DNA from: an uncultured Spirochaetota bacterium
Lineage (GTDB): Bacteria > Spirochaetota > UBA4802 > UBA5550
DNA: 64,000 nucleotides
NCBI GenBank assembly: GCA_963827275.1
Contig: CAWHAA010000008.1
Location: 486,244-550,243, forward strand
Reading direction: 5' to 3'
Part shown: in pieces, positions 42,456 to 51,455 of the stretch
Numbering within the stretch: position 1 is the first letter of the stretch
How the letters are laid out: each line of letters opens with the position of its first letter
Program-made: the position numbers and the translations under genes
The notes under the pieces: generated by a model
What the model was told of the DNA's origin: nothing
Database searches by the model: none
What the model saw: the letters and a program-made list of their open reading frames with translations, nothing else

Positions 42456-43472
42456 TCATCTCGGCGACAGGTAATCGCCGATCCGTTTCAGGATTTCCCG
42501 GACCGCCTCATCCGTGTCGCGGTTCGGGATCACCGCCAGGTAGTCCTTCTTTTCGAGTGAATGGCGGTAGAGCGGGTCGTAATATTTTTCGAGCAGGATG
42601 CGGATGAATCCCCTGATGTCGCCGTCCGCATACAGGCCGAGGAGCAGGCCGGTGATGTTCTGTCCCAGCTTCGGCGCAAGGCCTCTCACTATGGCGGGGA
42701 TGTTTTCGCTGTCGCAGTGCGCGATGTACTCGCGGTATATGATGTCGATGCGGCGTTCGAGGGGCGTGTCGATGTAGAGCGAGGGTGACTCGCCCATGAT
42801 GCGGTAGAGCTGCAGGGGAATGTGCAGGTTGCCGATCTTCCGTGACTCTCCCTCTATGACGCCGAAGGCGGCCCCGGCGAGCGCGCCGGTCCGCTCGAGA
42901 AGAAGGGTCTCGAAGCGCTTCTGCGAGCTCCGCTCAATGCCGATGCCGCCGAATACCGAGCTGCGGTGTCCCGCCATCCCCTCCAGGTCGATGGCGGTGG
43001 GCAGCATCCGTATGATTTCGGTCTTGCCTGCGCCGGTGAGGCCCTGCAGGACGAAGAGCGGCCATGGGAGCGACAGCGACCCCATTCGCTCCGTGACGTA
43101 GCGGCGGTATCCCTTGTAGCCGTCCTTCAGCTTGAAGACGGGCAGCCCGATCGAGTCCAGGAGCGAGGCCAGCGAGCCCGACCGCATCCCGCCGCGCGCG
43201 CACATGAGGATGATGTTGTTTCCCCTGAAGCCGAGGAACGAGCCCACCAGCCCTTCGAGCTTCTCGCCGACGATGGAGGTGCCCCGCTTTATCGCCTCGT
43301 CCCTGCCGGCGGCGCGGTAGAGCGTGCCCACTTCCCTGCGCTCGATGTCATCGAAGAGGGGGATGTTCACGGACCCGGGAACATGGTCCTCTGCGAATTC
43401 TTCCGGAGACCGCACGTCGATGTACACGCTGTCGGGAACGGTCAGTGATTCATGGTAGGTTATCTCTTTCAT
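42456..43472 (-). CDS. mnmH: tRNA 2-selenouridine synthase
   Basis: Rhodanese DVRSPEEF and CARGGMRS; P-loop GLTGAGKT; DLEGMAGHRSS; EGESRKIG; YYDPLY. Confidence 0.93.
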   Translation of the reverse strand: MKEITYHESLTVPDSVYIDVRSPEEFAEDHVPGSVNIPLFDDIERREVGTLYRAAGRDEAIKRGTSIVGEKLEGLVGSFLGFRGNNIILMCARGGMRSGSLASLLDSIGLPVFKLKDGYKGYRRYVTERMGSLSLPWPLFVLQGLTGAGKTEIIRMLPTAIDLEGMAGHRSSVFGGIGIERSSQKRFETLLLERTGALAGAAFGVIEGESRKIGNLHIPLQLYRIMGESPSLYIDTPLERRIDIIYREYIAHCDSENIPAIVRGLAPKLGQNITGLLLGLYADGDIRGFIRILLEKYYDPLYRHSLEKKDYLAVIPNRDTDEAVREILKRIGDYLSPR

Positions 43473-43497
43473 GCGTCCTGGCTTCCGCGGGCGGCAC

Positions 43498-44178
43498 CTA
43501 CAGGTCGGGCATCCTGACGGTCACCGTGCCGGTCGCGGCCAGCTCTTCCATGGCGGTCATGACCACCCGCATGTAGGCGTGCATGGAAGGATCGAAGAGC
43601 TGGGGATGGAAATCGCCGCGGGTGACGGTTTTACGCACGCGACCGGTGCCGTTGAAGCCATCGATTTCAAACCGCGCGTCGCCGTCGATGACCCTCTGCA
43701 CCTTGTCGAGGCCGACCGCATAAATGCCGGCCACTTCACCGTCCCTGAAACGGAACTGGTGGAGCTCCCTGTCGTCGCTGAGGAGGAAGACGTGCTGGAT
43801 CTCCCGCTGGTAGAGCCCCTCTTTCCGCTCCTCGTACCGGTACCAGCCGAGGTCTATCAGGTCGCGTTCGTCCGGCAGTATCCCGATCTCCTCCTCGGCC
43901 TCCTTGAGCACCTTGTTGCCGCCGTACCCGTAGGGCACGTGTCCGCCCACGGTGATGTCCAGGCAGTCCGGGTAGCTCTCCTTGTGGCTGGCGCGGTGCT
44001 GGAACAGTATCTCCGGCACGGCCCTGCCGTTCCTGACGACCCACAGGTGGACCGCTTCATGCGGCGTACCGTTCCGGTGGGCCGCTTCACGCGGCACAGG
44101 CCCGCCCGTCGGGAAGGCTGTTTCCCAGTCCCAGATCTCCAGTATCTCTCCCTGAATTGTTGCGGCGGTGTCTGACAT
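43498..44178 (-). CDS. NUDIX hydrolase (Idi/YfcD-like)
   Basis: HEAVHLWV, QHRA--K, DITVGGH, KEAEEEIG. Confidence 0.85.
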   Translation of the reverse strand: MSDTAATIQGEILEIWDWETAFPTGGPVPREAAHRNGTPHEAVHLWVVRNGRAVPEILFQHRASHKESYPDCLDITVGGHVPYGYGGNKVLKEAEEEIGILPDERDLIDLGWYRYEERKEGLYQREIQHVFLLSDDRELHQFRFRDGEVAGIYAVGLDKVQRVIDGDARFEIDGFNGTGRVRKTVTRGDFHPQLFDPSMHAYMRVVMTAMEELAATGTVTVRMPDL

Positions 44179-44363
44179 GTGGTATGCGCGCCCTGGACCG
44201 GTCCCTTTTATGGAGTCAGTGCCCGGGGACGGGCGGCACTGCGCCGGCACGTCCCCGGTACAGTAAATTGATTGCAATCATGCCGGGTCTTGACAAGCTT
44301 TTTTTATTGAAAATACGCACCGGATACTCCGATAGTGTAAATGTATACACAGGCAGAGGGATA

Positions 44364-45354
44364 ATGGCGGAAAAAAACCTGAAAAACGGCGTTATTGACC
44401 AGGAAATGATCGAGGTTGATTTCCAGGACGCGGCCGCGGCAGCGTACCCGGCGCGGTCCGGGAAGGCCACGAAAAGCCGGAGCGGGAAGATCTTCCCGGT
44501 CGGGATATTTTTCATGCTCCTCTTCATCGAATCGATCCTCGCCGCCGGCGCAAGCGCCGCCTATTTCTTCTACGCCGGGAAGAGCGGTGTCGCCGCGATC
44601 GAGTCCTATACCCGCTCCTATTCCCTGCCGCTGGCCGAGGCCTTCGGCGCCATGACGGAGATGTGCTACCGGTCAAAAAACTACGCACGCCTCCGCGCGC
44701 TGTTCCGCGAGAAGATTGAGCAGAAGATGATCGGCGAGGCGTTCGTGGTCCTGAAAGACGGCCGGCTGATCGCCCATTCCAGCCCTGAAATGGAAAAAAG
44801 CCTGAAGGGGAACCTTGCCGGCGACGAATTCGCCTACAACCTGGACCTTCTGCTGCAGCCGGTGCGCCGGAAGAGCAGGGAAGTCCTGTTCACCGATTAC
44901 AATATCACGTCGAAGAGCGTCCCCTATGAGCGGGACATGCGCGCGGCGCTCAAGAAATATTTCTACGCGGGCGTCGATACCACCGGGTGGCTCGTGAGCA
45001 GGGCCGTGTACGGGAAAAAGAAGAAGCCGATAGGCGCCGTGTGCTTCATCATCAGCAAGGAGACGGGTGTTCACGTTCATATCGGAACACGCGCGCCGGA
45101 GCCTCCGCATACTCGAGCTCTCGCTGGTGATCGCGTTCGCCGTCTCCCTCCTGGTGTCGCTCGTGGTGCTGCTCCGCTACCGGGGCATACAGAAACGCGC
45201 CTCCGCCCCGTCATCGCCCGGGGCCCGGACGGGAGCGGGCGGTCCGGTGATCATACGGCTTACGGACGACGGGGATATGCCCGCAGATGCGGCGGCGGGC
45301 GCCTCTTCGAAGCGGGAGATAAAAGACGCAATACCGGTAGAGGAAAAGGAGTAG
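44364..45354 (+). CDS. Hypothetical 2-TM protein with a periplasmic sensor-like domain; frameshift at ~45063
   Basis: TM1 (IFFMLLFIESIL); removing A45063 joins the frame carrying TM2 (LVIAFAVSLLVSLVVLL). Confidence 0.65.
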
Positions 45355-45358
45355 CGCC

Positions 45359-46129
45359 GTGGTGATCAAGCATGCTGAACTGATGGACAACCGGGCGGCC
45401 GTGGTCGATATCGAAGGGCCGCTTGACAGTTACACGAGCCCCGAGTTCGAGGAGTACGTCAACCGCCTCCTTGCCAGGAACATCGTCTTCATACTGTTTG
45501 ACGCCGCCAGGATGGCGTATGTCAGCTCCGAGGGGATCGGCCTCCTTCTCTTTTTGCAGAAGAAAATATCGGAGGCCAACGGCTTCTTTGTCATCTTCAA
45601 CCTGCAGGACGAGATACTCGCCCTCTATTCCCTCCTCGGGTTTGACAAGATATTCAGCATCGCCCCGTCGCGGGAGGAAGCGCTCCGGGTCATGGACCGC
45701 CATATCGAGCTCAGGGACAAGGGGCTGGGCGGGGAGGATGAGGCTGCTGCCCCGGGAGAGCCGGCACCCGCCCCCGCGGCGCCTGTTGAAGTGTCCCGGC
45801 CCGCGCCGAAGCCGGCGGAACGGCCGGCCCGGGATGACGGGCAGGGGCCCCGTTCGACGGTGGTCGCCTGCGCTGTCTGCAGGTCGCAGGTCCGTGTCTA
45901 CCATGACGGCGATTACCTCTGCCCCCACTGCGGCGCTGAATTCACCGTGACCGGCGTGGACCGGGCGGGCCGTTCCGCCCCTGCCGCAAAGGGGGACGGC
46001 TTCGATCCGCTCATCGTCGAGTGCGGGAAGTGCAGGGCGCTCATACGGGTCAAGAACCCGGGGAAATACCAGTGTGCCGACTGCGGCGCGACGTTCACGG
46101 TGTCGCCTGACCAGGCAGTGAAGTTCTGA
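45359..46129 (+). CDS. STAS anti-sigma factor antagonist fused to two zinc ribbons
   Basis: GPLDSYTSP, YVSSEGIG; CAVC..CPHC and CGKC..CADC. Confidence 0.85.
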   Translation: MVIKHAELMDNRAAVVDIEGPLDSYTSPEFEEYVNRLLARNIVFILFDAARMAYVSSEGIGLLLFLQKKISEANGFFVIFNLQDEILALYSLLGFDKIFSIAPSREEALRVMDRHIELRDKGLGGEDEAAAPGEPAPAPAAPVEVSRPAPKPAERPARDDGQGPRSTVVACAVCRSQVRVYHDGDYLCPHCGAEFTVTGVDRAGRSAPAAKGDGFDPLIVECGKCRALIRVKNPGKYQCADCGATFTVSPDQAVKF

Positions 46130-46150
46130 TCCTGTTTACGCTGCAATCAG

Positions 46151-46187
46151 AATAAAAAAGGCCGGCATCATGCCGGCCTTTTTTATT
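46151..46187. terminator. Bidirectional intrinsic terminator
   Basis: AATAAAAAAGGCCGGCA-TCA-TGCCGGCCTTTTTTATT, perfect 17-bp inverted repeat between convergent genes. Confidence 0.92.
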
Positions 46188-46207
46188 TTTCATCTGCCGC
46201 TGTCACG

Positions 46208-46873
46208 TTACTTTTTGAATTTCGGATTGTCCACCTGCTTTTTCATGTTGCTCAGGGTGACAAAAGGCATCTTCACCACGGTCATGTTGACTAGGCCCGA
46301 GGGGAGGCTTCCGCCCGGGTCGGCGAGGTTCTGGTAGGTGACCTTTGTCTGGTTCTTCCCCACCGCCTCGAACATCCACAGGCCGACCATCCTGGGCATC
46401 CGCACGATCCCCTTGCGCGGCGGAACGGAGGCGAATTCTATGCCCTGGAAGGAGCGGGTTATTTTCCCGGGGGCGCGCGTGATCCGCGTCTGTATGACGA
46501 CGTCGCGGTTCGATACGAGCGGCGCCGTGACCACGTTGTACTGTATGGGGTTCACGGGGTCGTCCTTTATGACTTTCGACTCGATGGTGTCGCACATCCA
46601 GTTCACCTGGTTCGGGACATCGCTGATGATCCTGTCCACCACCGCGATCGGCGCGTCGATTATGGTGACTCCCATGAATTCCTTGAAATCGATCCCCTCG
46701 ACATTCCGGATGAATACCTGGATGCCGTCCTTGTTTTTTTTCATCACCCAGGGGTTTTCTTTCTTCACTTCTTTTTGCTGTGTTGTGTCTGCTTTTGCCG
46801 CGGCGTAGCATGGGACCAGTGCGACAATGGCGCACAGCGCAATGATGGCCGTGATGGTATGATAATATCTCAT
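46208..46873 (-). CDS. Secreted START-domain lipid-binding protein
   Basis: Signal peptide; WVMKKNKDGIQVF; SNRDVV; ADPGGSLP. Confidence 0.85.
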   Translation of the reverse strand: MRYYHTITAIIALCAIVALVPCYAAAKADTTQQKEVKKENPWVMKKNKDGIQVFIRNVEGIDFKEFMGVTIIDAPIAVVDRIISDVPNQVNWMCDTIESKVIKDDPVNPIQYNVVTAPLVSNRDVVIQTRITRAPGKITRSFQGIEFASVPPRKGIVRMPRMVGLWMFEAVGKNQTKVTYQNLADPGGSLPSGLVNMTVVKMPFVTLSNMKKQVDNPKFKK

Positions 46874-47077
46874 CGTCCGCCTCCCTCCTCGATTTTTATT
46901 CAGCTCGATACAGCGTAATATGAAAAAATAATAGTATACTGTAATTAATATGTCAAAGTAAAAAAACGTTGGTCGCCAATCAATGATGATTTTTTAACCA
47001 AAACAGCTCATATTTCGGATTAATCCCCGGTATATTCATATTGTGCCCGGTAAAAGGGAAAAAAATAATTAAATCCA

Positions 47078-47106
47078 TTGACACATTTCATCTCCTCCAT
47101 CACAAT
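47078..47106 (+). promoter_or_regulatory. Putative sigma70 promoter of the cold-shock gene, implying a ~125-nt 5' UTR
   Basis: TTGACA-N17-CACAAT. Confidence 0.6.
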
Positions 47107-47238
47107 GCCCGCAACTGAATAGTTTCAAAAATCCTTCAATTGTCTTACCCTCGAATTTAATCCTGGCTTAAGTAATTGCAGTTTTGATGAGCCTTATTCT
47201 TCGGGTATAGCCCGCATCATTTTTACAGGAGTTTTTTT

Positions 47239-47442
47239 ATGGCTAAAGGAACAGTCAAATGGTTCAACGAAAAGAAAGGTTTTGGTTTTCTGTCGCACGA
47301 TGACGGAACGGACCTTTTCGTCCATCACACCGGCATAGTCGGGAACGGATTCAAGACGCTTTATGAAGGTGACAGGGTCGAATTCGAGGTTGAAAAGGGC
47401 GAAAAAGGCCCCCGCGCGATTTCGGTAAAATCCATCAACTAA
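47239..47442 (+). CDS. cspA: Cold-shock protein
   Basis: [24 protein letters not shown]. Confidence 0.95.
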   Translation: MAKGTVKWFNEKKGFGFLSHDDGTDLFVHHTGIVGNGFKTLYEGDRVEFEVEKGEKGPRAISVKSIN

Positions 47443-47462
47443 TTTTCATACCAAGAAAATTC

Positions 47463-47495
47463 AAAAACCCGGCCGGAAACGGACGGGTTTTTTTT
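47463..47495 (+). terminator. Intrinsic terminator after the cold-shock gene
   Basis: AAAAACCCG-G-CCG GAAA CGG-A-CGGGTTTTTTTT. Confidence 0.8.
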
Positions 47496-47607
47496 GTCTT
47501 GATAATTCCAGCATTCTGTTTCACTGTATTCATGTAAAACAATATTATAGTCCATTGCTCGAACACGGCGTGTTTTCTGATATCATGCGCCAGGCTTCGG
47601 ATTTGCC

Positions 47608-48432
47608 ATGAACACATTCACCGATGCGATAGAATTTGCGAACCGGCATCCCGTCTGCTTCGCCGCGACGATTGACGGCGACAGGCCGCGTGTCAGGGGG
47701 CTTATGCTGCTGCGCGCGGATGAGTCGGGATTCTATTTCACCAGCCAGCCACAGAAAAATATCATCCGCCAGCTGTCCGTTAATCCAAACATCGAAGTCT
47801 GCTTCTATAAACAGGGTGGTGTGCTCGATGACACGGAGATGCTCAGGATCTCCGGCAGGGTGCGGTTCCTCGATGAGGACCGTCCGGCACGGCGGCACGA
47901 CGACGGGGAACGGCAGGACGGGGCGTCAGGATACCGCGCACCGGTGATGTTCAAGATCATCGCGGGCGAAGCATATACCTGGAAGAGCTCATACGGACTG
48001 GCCAGCGCCCGGACCCTGCTGTTCGATATCAGCGATATCGCGATGCGCGGCCATGATGGGGGCACGGAAGGTCCCGGTTCCGGCAGGTTTTTATCCTTCA
48101 ACGAGAATGAATACAGCTATCACCTTGACATGAAGAGCATCGTGTATTGCACATCCAGCAGGAAACATTCCATTATACATACTGAAAACAGAGATTACGA
48201 GGTGACCAGCCTTTTAAAAAGCATCAAGCAGATGCTTCCCCCGCACCAGTTCATGCGCATACAGAAACAGCATGTCGTGAACCTTGCGTACATTGACCGC
48301 ATCGAGTACCTGGAAGGGGGCAGGTATATCGCGTATCTCAATGATAATGATGACACGGTCCTGCCGGTGGGCCGCAACTACGTGTCCTCATTAAAGGAAA
48401 AGATAGCCATACGCGTACCGTTCGTTCCCTGA
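47608..48432 (+). CDS. Fusion of a pyridoxamine 5'-phosphate oxidase-like (FMN split barrel) domain and a LytTR DNA-binding domain
   Basis: N-terminal ATIDGDRPRVR, FYFTS, QLSVNPNIEVCF, LRISG; C-terminal FMRIQKQHVVNL..I and LPVGRNY. Confidence 0.85.
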   Translation: MNTFTDAIEFANRHPVCFAATIDGDRPRVRGLMLLRADESGFYFTSQPQKNIIRQLSVNPNIEVCFYKQGGVLDDTEMLRISGRVRFLDEDRPARRHDDGERQDGASGYRAPVMFKIIAGEAYTWKSSYGLASARTLLFDISDIAMRGHDGGTEGPGSGRFLSFNENEYSYHLDMKSIVYCTSSRKHSIIHTENRDYEVTSLLKSIKQMLPPHQFMRIQKQHVVNLAYIDRIEYLEGGRYIAYLNDNDDTVLPVGRNYVSSLKEKIAIRVPFVP

Positions 48433-48531
48433 TTGTATCATTCATTCCGTTATATTTGACAATAGCTTCCCGGTATGATATTAAAAAATGAATTTCGTAT
48501 TTTATTCAACGGTACGGGGTGTAAGGATAAC

Positions 48532-49134
48532 ATGAAAAAAATCTGCATAGTGCATTATTCCATATCCGGTTCCACGGCCGAGATCGCCGGAATTATTGGC
48601 AGGGAGATGATGGCTGCAGGCTTTTCCGTGGAGGTCGCGGACGTGTCAGCGGTGCGTGACCTGGACCGGTTCGACGCGGTGATTATTGGAAGCCCCATGT
48701 GTATGGGGGGCGTACGGCCGGGAATTAAGGACTTCATGACAGCTAACGCCGTTCAGCTGTCGCGGAAAAGGGTCTATTTTTATTTTTCGCTCCTCTATGT
48801 GATAAAAATCATCGGCAGGCCGGATGGTGCCATACCCTGCTACGTTGACCCTTCCCTGGGGTTCCGCGCGATTGAAAAAAAGGACGCGTCATCATTTGAC
48901 CGGCAGCACTCGCTGGACCGCTACGTGAAAAAGCTTGGCCGTGACATCCGCGGGATTGGATTGGCGGGCATGGCTTTTTTTAACGGCAGGCTTGATATAA
49001 AAAAACTGGGCCTGCCGGAGCGGATCTTCATGCATATCATTGTAAGGCTGACCGCGAAAGAGAAAGAGGGTGATTTCCTGAATCCGGGTGCGGTGCGGGA
49101 ATGGGCCGGAAAAATAAAATCACAGATTAAGTAG
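48532..49134 (+). CDS. Flavodoxin-domain protein (HemG-like)
   Basis: HYSISGSTAEIA, IIGSP, FFNGRLD, VREWA. Confidence 0.85.
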   Translation: MKKICIVHYSISGSTAEIAGIIGREMMAAGFSVEVADVSAVRDLDRFDAVIIGSPMCMGGVRPGIKDFMTANAVQLSRKRVYFYFSLLYVIKIIGRPDGAIPCYVDPSLGFRAIEKKDASSFDRQHSLDRYVKKLGRDIRGIGLAGMAFFNGRLDIKKLGLPERIFMHIIVRLTAKEKEGDFLNPGAVREWAGKIKSQIK

Positions 49135-49144
49135 GGAGGGTTCC

Positions 49145-49525
49145 ATGGAGTATATTCTTCTGATAGGCGCCGGGTTTAATATTTTCGGCGGGTGCAGCTT
49201 GATAGCGTCAATATTCAGGGAGTTCCCGTTCAGCTTTTCCACGGTCCGCGACGCCGGCGCAATAAATCCGCCGGACTACATGCTGTTCCGGCTCTTTACC
49301 GCAGGAACCGCGTTCTGCTTCGGGTCGATGTATATGTACCTGTATTATAATCCGTCGTATGCTGTGCCCTTCCTCTATTTCGGCATGGCGCTGAAGTACT
49401 GGGCGTTTGTCGCGGCTCTCGTGGCACGTATCTGGTACCGGCTCCCGAAAACGGTGCTGGTGAATTTCGGGTGCTCAAATTTGGCGGTCGCCGTTCTTTT
49501 CACCATCTACCTGCTGAACCGGTGA
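49145..49525 (+). CDS. Small 4-TM membrane protein
   Basis: GGGAGG RBS, 10 bp after the flavodoxin, four hydrophobic segments. Confidence 0.75.
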   Translation: MEYILLIGAGFNIFGGCSLIASIFREFPFSFSTVRDAGAINPPDYMLFRLFTAGTAFCFGSMYMYLYYNPSYAVPFLYFGMALKYWAFVAALVARIWYRLPKTVLVNFGCSNLAVAVLFTIYLLNR

Positions 49526-49556
49526 CAGCTTCCCGCCGGCATGGTATCCGGTCCGC

Positions 49557-50402
49557 TTAAAAATTCGTAACCGGCGTGATTTCGATCTCGGGGTAGATCT
49601 GGCCGTGGACCGGCGGCATCGAGTTGTAGGCCCAGGTGATGTCGACGGTCCCCATGCGCACGCCGCGGAATTTCCTGGTGCCGTTGTAGATGCCCCGCAC
49701 CAGGATGTCCTCCATCTTCATCGTCATGGCGAAGACCGCAACGGTGGCCCCCTTCGGGATTGCCGCCAGTTCTTCGTGGTAGGGGGACGCGGTAAAGGCA
49801 AGCCTCCCGCTGTCGGCCGCACGGCACTGGATCACGGGGATGATGAGCGGGAACCCCCTCCCGTCAATATAAGAAAGAAATTTCAGCGAATCGATCCGGT
49901 CCACGAGGGAACGGGCGAAGGGCTTCAGTATCTCGGCGATCTTTCTCCGGGCGCCGCCCCTGGCGAATTTCGTTTTCAGCGCCCCCAGCGCGATCGCGCC
50001 CAGGGGGAGCGCTTCCGGGCCCGTGGTCTCCACCAGGTCGAAGTAATGGACGGTGTTGATGCCGAAGTAGGTGTTGTAGCGGAACATCGGCTTGTCGTTC
50101 ATCATCTGGTATTCGGGCCCCTCCTTCTTGAGATGGGTCCACCGGGCGGCGCCGCGCCAGAGGCGGCGGTCAAGGGTCATCATCAGGAACCCGATGTTGT
50201 TGTTCGCCTGCATGTAGTCCTTGCTCAGGCCGCGGGAAAATTCTCCCAGCACCAGCCGCGCCGGGGCAATCGGCTGCAGCGATGTCAGCAGGCTGATATG
50301 GGGATGCCCCTCGCGGGTTACGGTCGCCACCAGCGCCACTTTTTCCGTGGGCTCCAGCGAGGTGATGTCTTCCGGGGTGAATTCATGCTTCAGTGTACTC
50401 AT
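49557..50402 (-). CDS. Tandem split-barrel (PNPOx-like) protein
   Basis: Two similar halves (VALVATVTREGHPHIS and KFLSYIDGRGFPLIIP); GGGAGG RBS; 12 bp after the activase. Confidence 0.75.
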   Translation of the reverse strand: MSTLKHEFTPEDITSLEPTEKVALVATVTREGHPHISLLTSLQPIAPARLVLGEFSRGLSKDYMQANNNIGFLMMTLDRRLWRGAARWTHLKKEGPEYQMMNDKPMFRYNTYFGINTVHYFDLVETTGPEALPLGAIALGALKTKFARGGARRKIAEILKPFARSLVDRIDSLKFLSYIDGRGFPLIIPVIQCRAADSGRLAFTASPYHEELAAIPKGATVAVFAMTMKMEDILVRGIYNGTRKFRGVRMGTVDITWAYNSMPPVHGQIYPEIEITPVTNF

Positions 50403-50414
50403 GCTCCCTCCCTT

Positions 50415-51455
50415 TCAGCACGATGCCGGCCGCTTCAACGCGGCCTTCGGTGTTTCAGCGCTGTCCGCGGCGTCCCCGGTTACCGTGGACCCGGACCAGC
50501 GGACTATTGACGGGTCAACGCCGGAGGATTTCGCCGCATCCGCAAGCATCTCCATGGTCCCGCGGTCAACGAGTCCCGCCGCGCCGAAACCCCATTCCTT
50601 CCCGAGGCGCCGGTACTTGTCCCTGCAGAGATTGTTGAACGCGCACAGCTCCCACCGGGCAGCCACGCCGTTCAGGTGCTCCGCGATAAACCCGCCGATG
50701 CCGGTAATGTTTTCCCTGCGGTCCGTGGCCCCGGGTATCACGGGTGTCCGGATCCATATCTCCCTGCGCGGGACGCGGCCGCGGACGTAGTGCGCGACGT
50801 GGACAAGGTTGTCAAGGATCAGGCTGTTGCCGCTCCCGGTGAGCTCCCTGTGACGGTCCGGGTCGATCTCCTTCAGGTCGTACAGCACCAGGTCCGCGTG
50901 GGGCAGGATAGTGTCAAGCTGTTCGCGCGGGCAGTGCCCGCTCGTGTCCAGCGCGGTGTGAATGCCGCGGCGCTTCAGCCGCGAAAAAAATTCCGCGACA
51001 AAGGGCGCCTGCAGGGCGGCCTCGCCGCCTGAGGCGGTCACGCCCCCCGTGGCGCCGAAGAACGACGTGTCCTTTATCACCTCGCTCACCAGCCGCCCGA
51101 CGGACCATTCCGCGCCCAGGAGCTCGAGCGCCGTTGACGGGCACGCCTCGGCGCAGGCGCCGCAGCCGTCGCAGAGGCGGCGGTCGATGGCGATGCCGCT
51201 TTCCGGCGCGGAGAGGGCGCCGCGGGGGCAGGCCGCCAGGCAGGTCCTGCACCCGATGCACCGCGGTTCGATCCACTGGAGCTCGGGCCGCCGGTCAAGG
51301 CTCTCCGGGTTGTGGCACCAGGAGCAGCGGAGGCCGCACCCCTTGAAGAAGACCGTGGTGCGCAGGCCGGGCCCGTCCTCCGTTGACATGCGCTGGACCT
51401 CGAGTATGGTGGCGGTGGGTTCTGATGGCGTCATGGCGATGGCGTGTCCTGTCAT
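50415..51455 (-). CDS. Glycyl-radical enzyme activating protein (radical SAM) with ferredoxin insert
   Basis: DGPGLRTTVFFKGCGLRCSWCHNPE; CIGCRTC..CP and CDGCGAC..CP; GGVTASGGE. Confidence 0.95.
   Translation of the reverse strand: MTGHAIAMTPSEPTATILEVQRMSTEDGPGLRTTVFFKGCGLRCSWCHNPESLDRRPELQWIEPRCIGCRTCLAACPRGALSAPESGIAIDRRLCDGCGACAEACPSTALELLGAEWSVGRLVSEVIKDTSFFGATGGVTASGGEAALQAPFVAEFFSRLKRRGIHTALDTSGHCPREQLDTILPHADLVLYDLKEIDPDRHRELTGSGNSLILDNLVHVAHYVRGRVPRREIWIRTPVIPGATDRRENITGIGGFIAEHLNGVAARWELCAFNNLCRDKYRRLGKEWGFGAAGLVDRGTMEMLADAAKSSGVDPSIVRWSGSTVTGDAADSAETPKAALKRPASC

Noticed and set aside
42456..43472. Selenoprotein recoding near mnmH/selU
   Set aside because: No in-frame TGA read-through candidate or selD/selAB seen in the window
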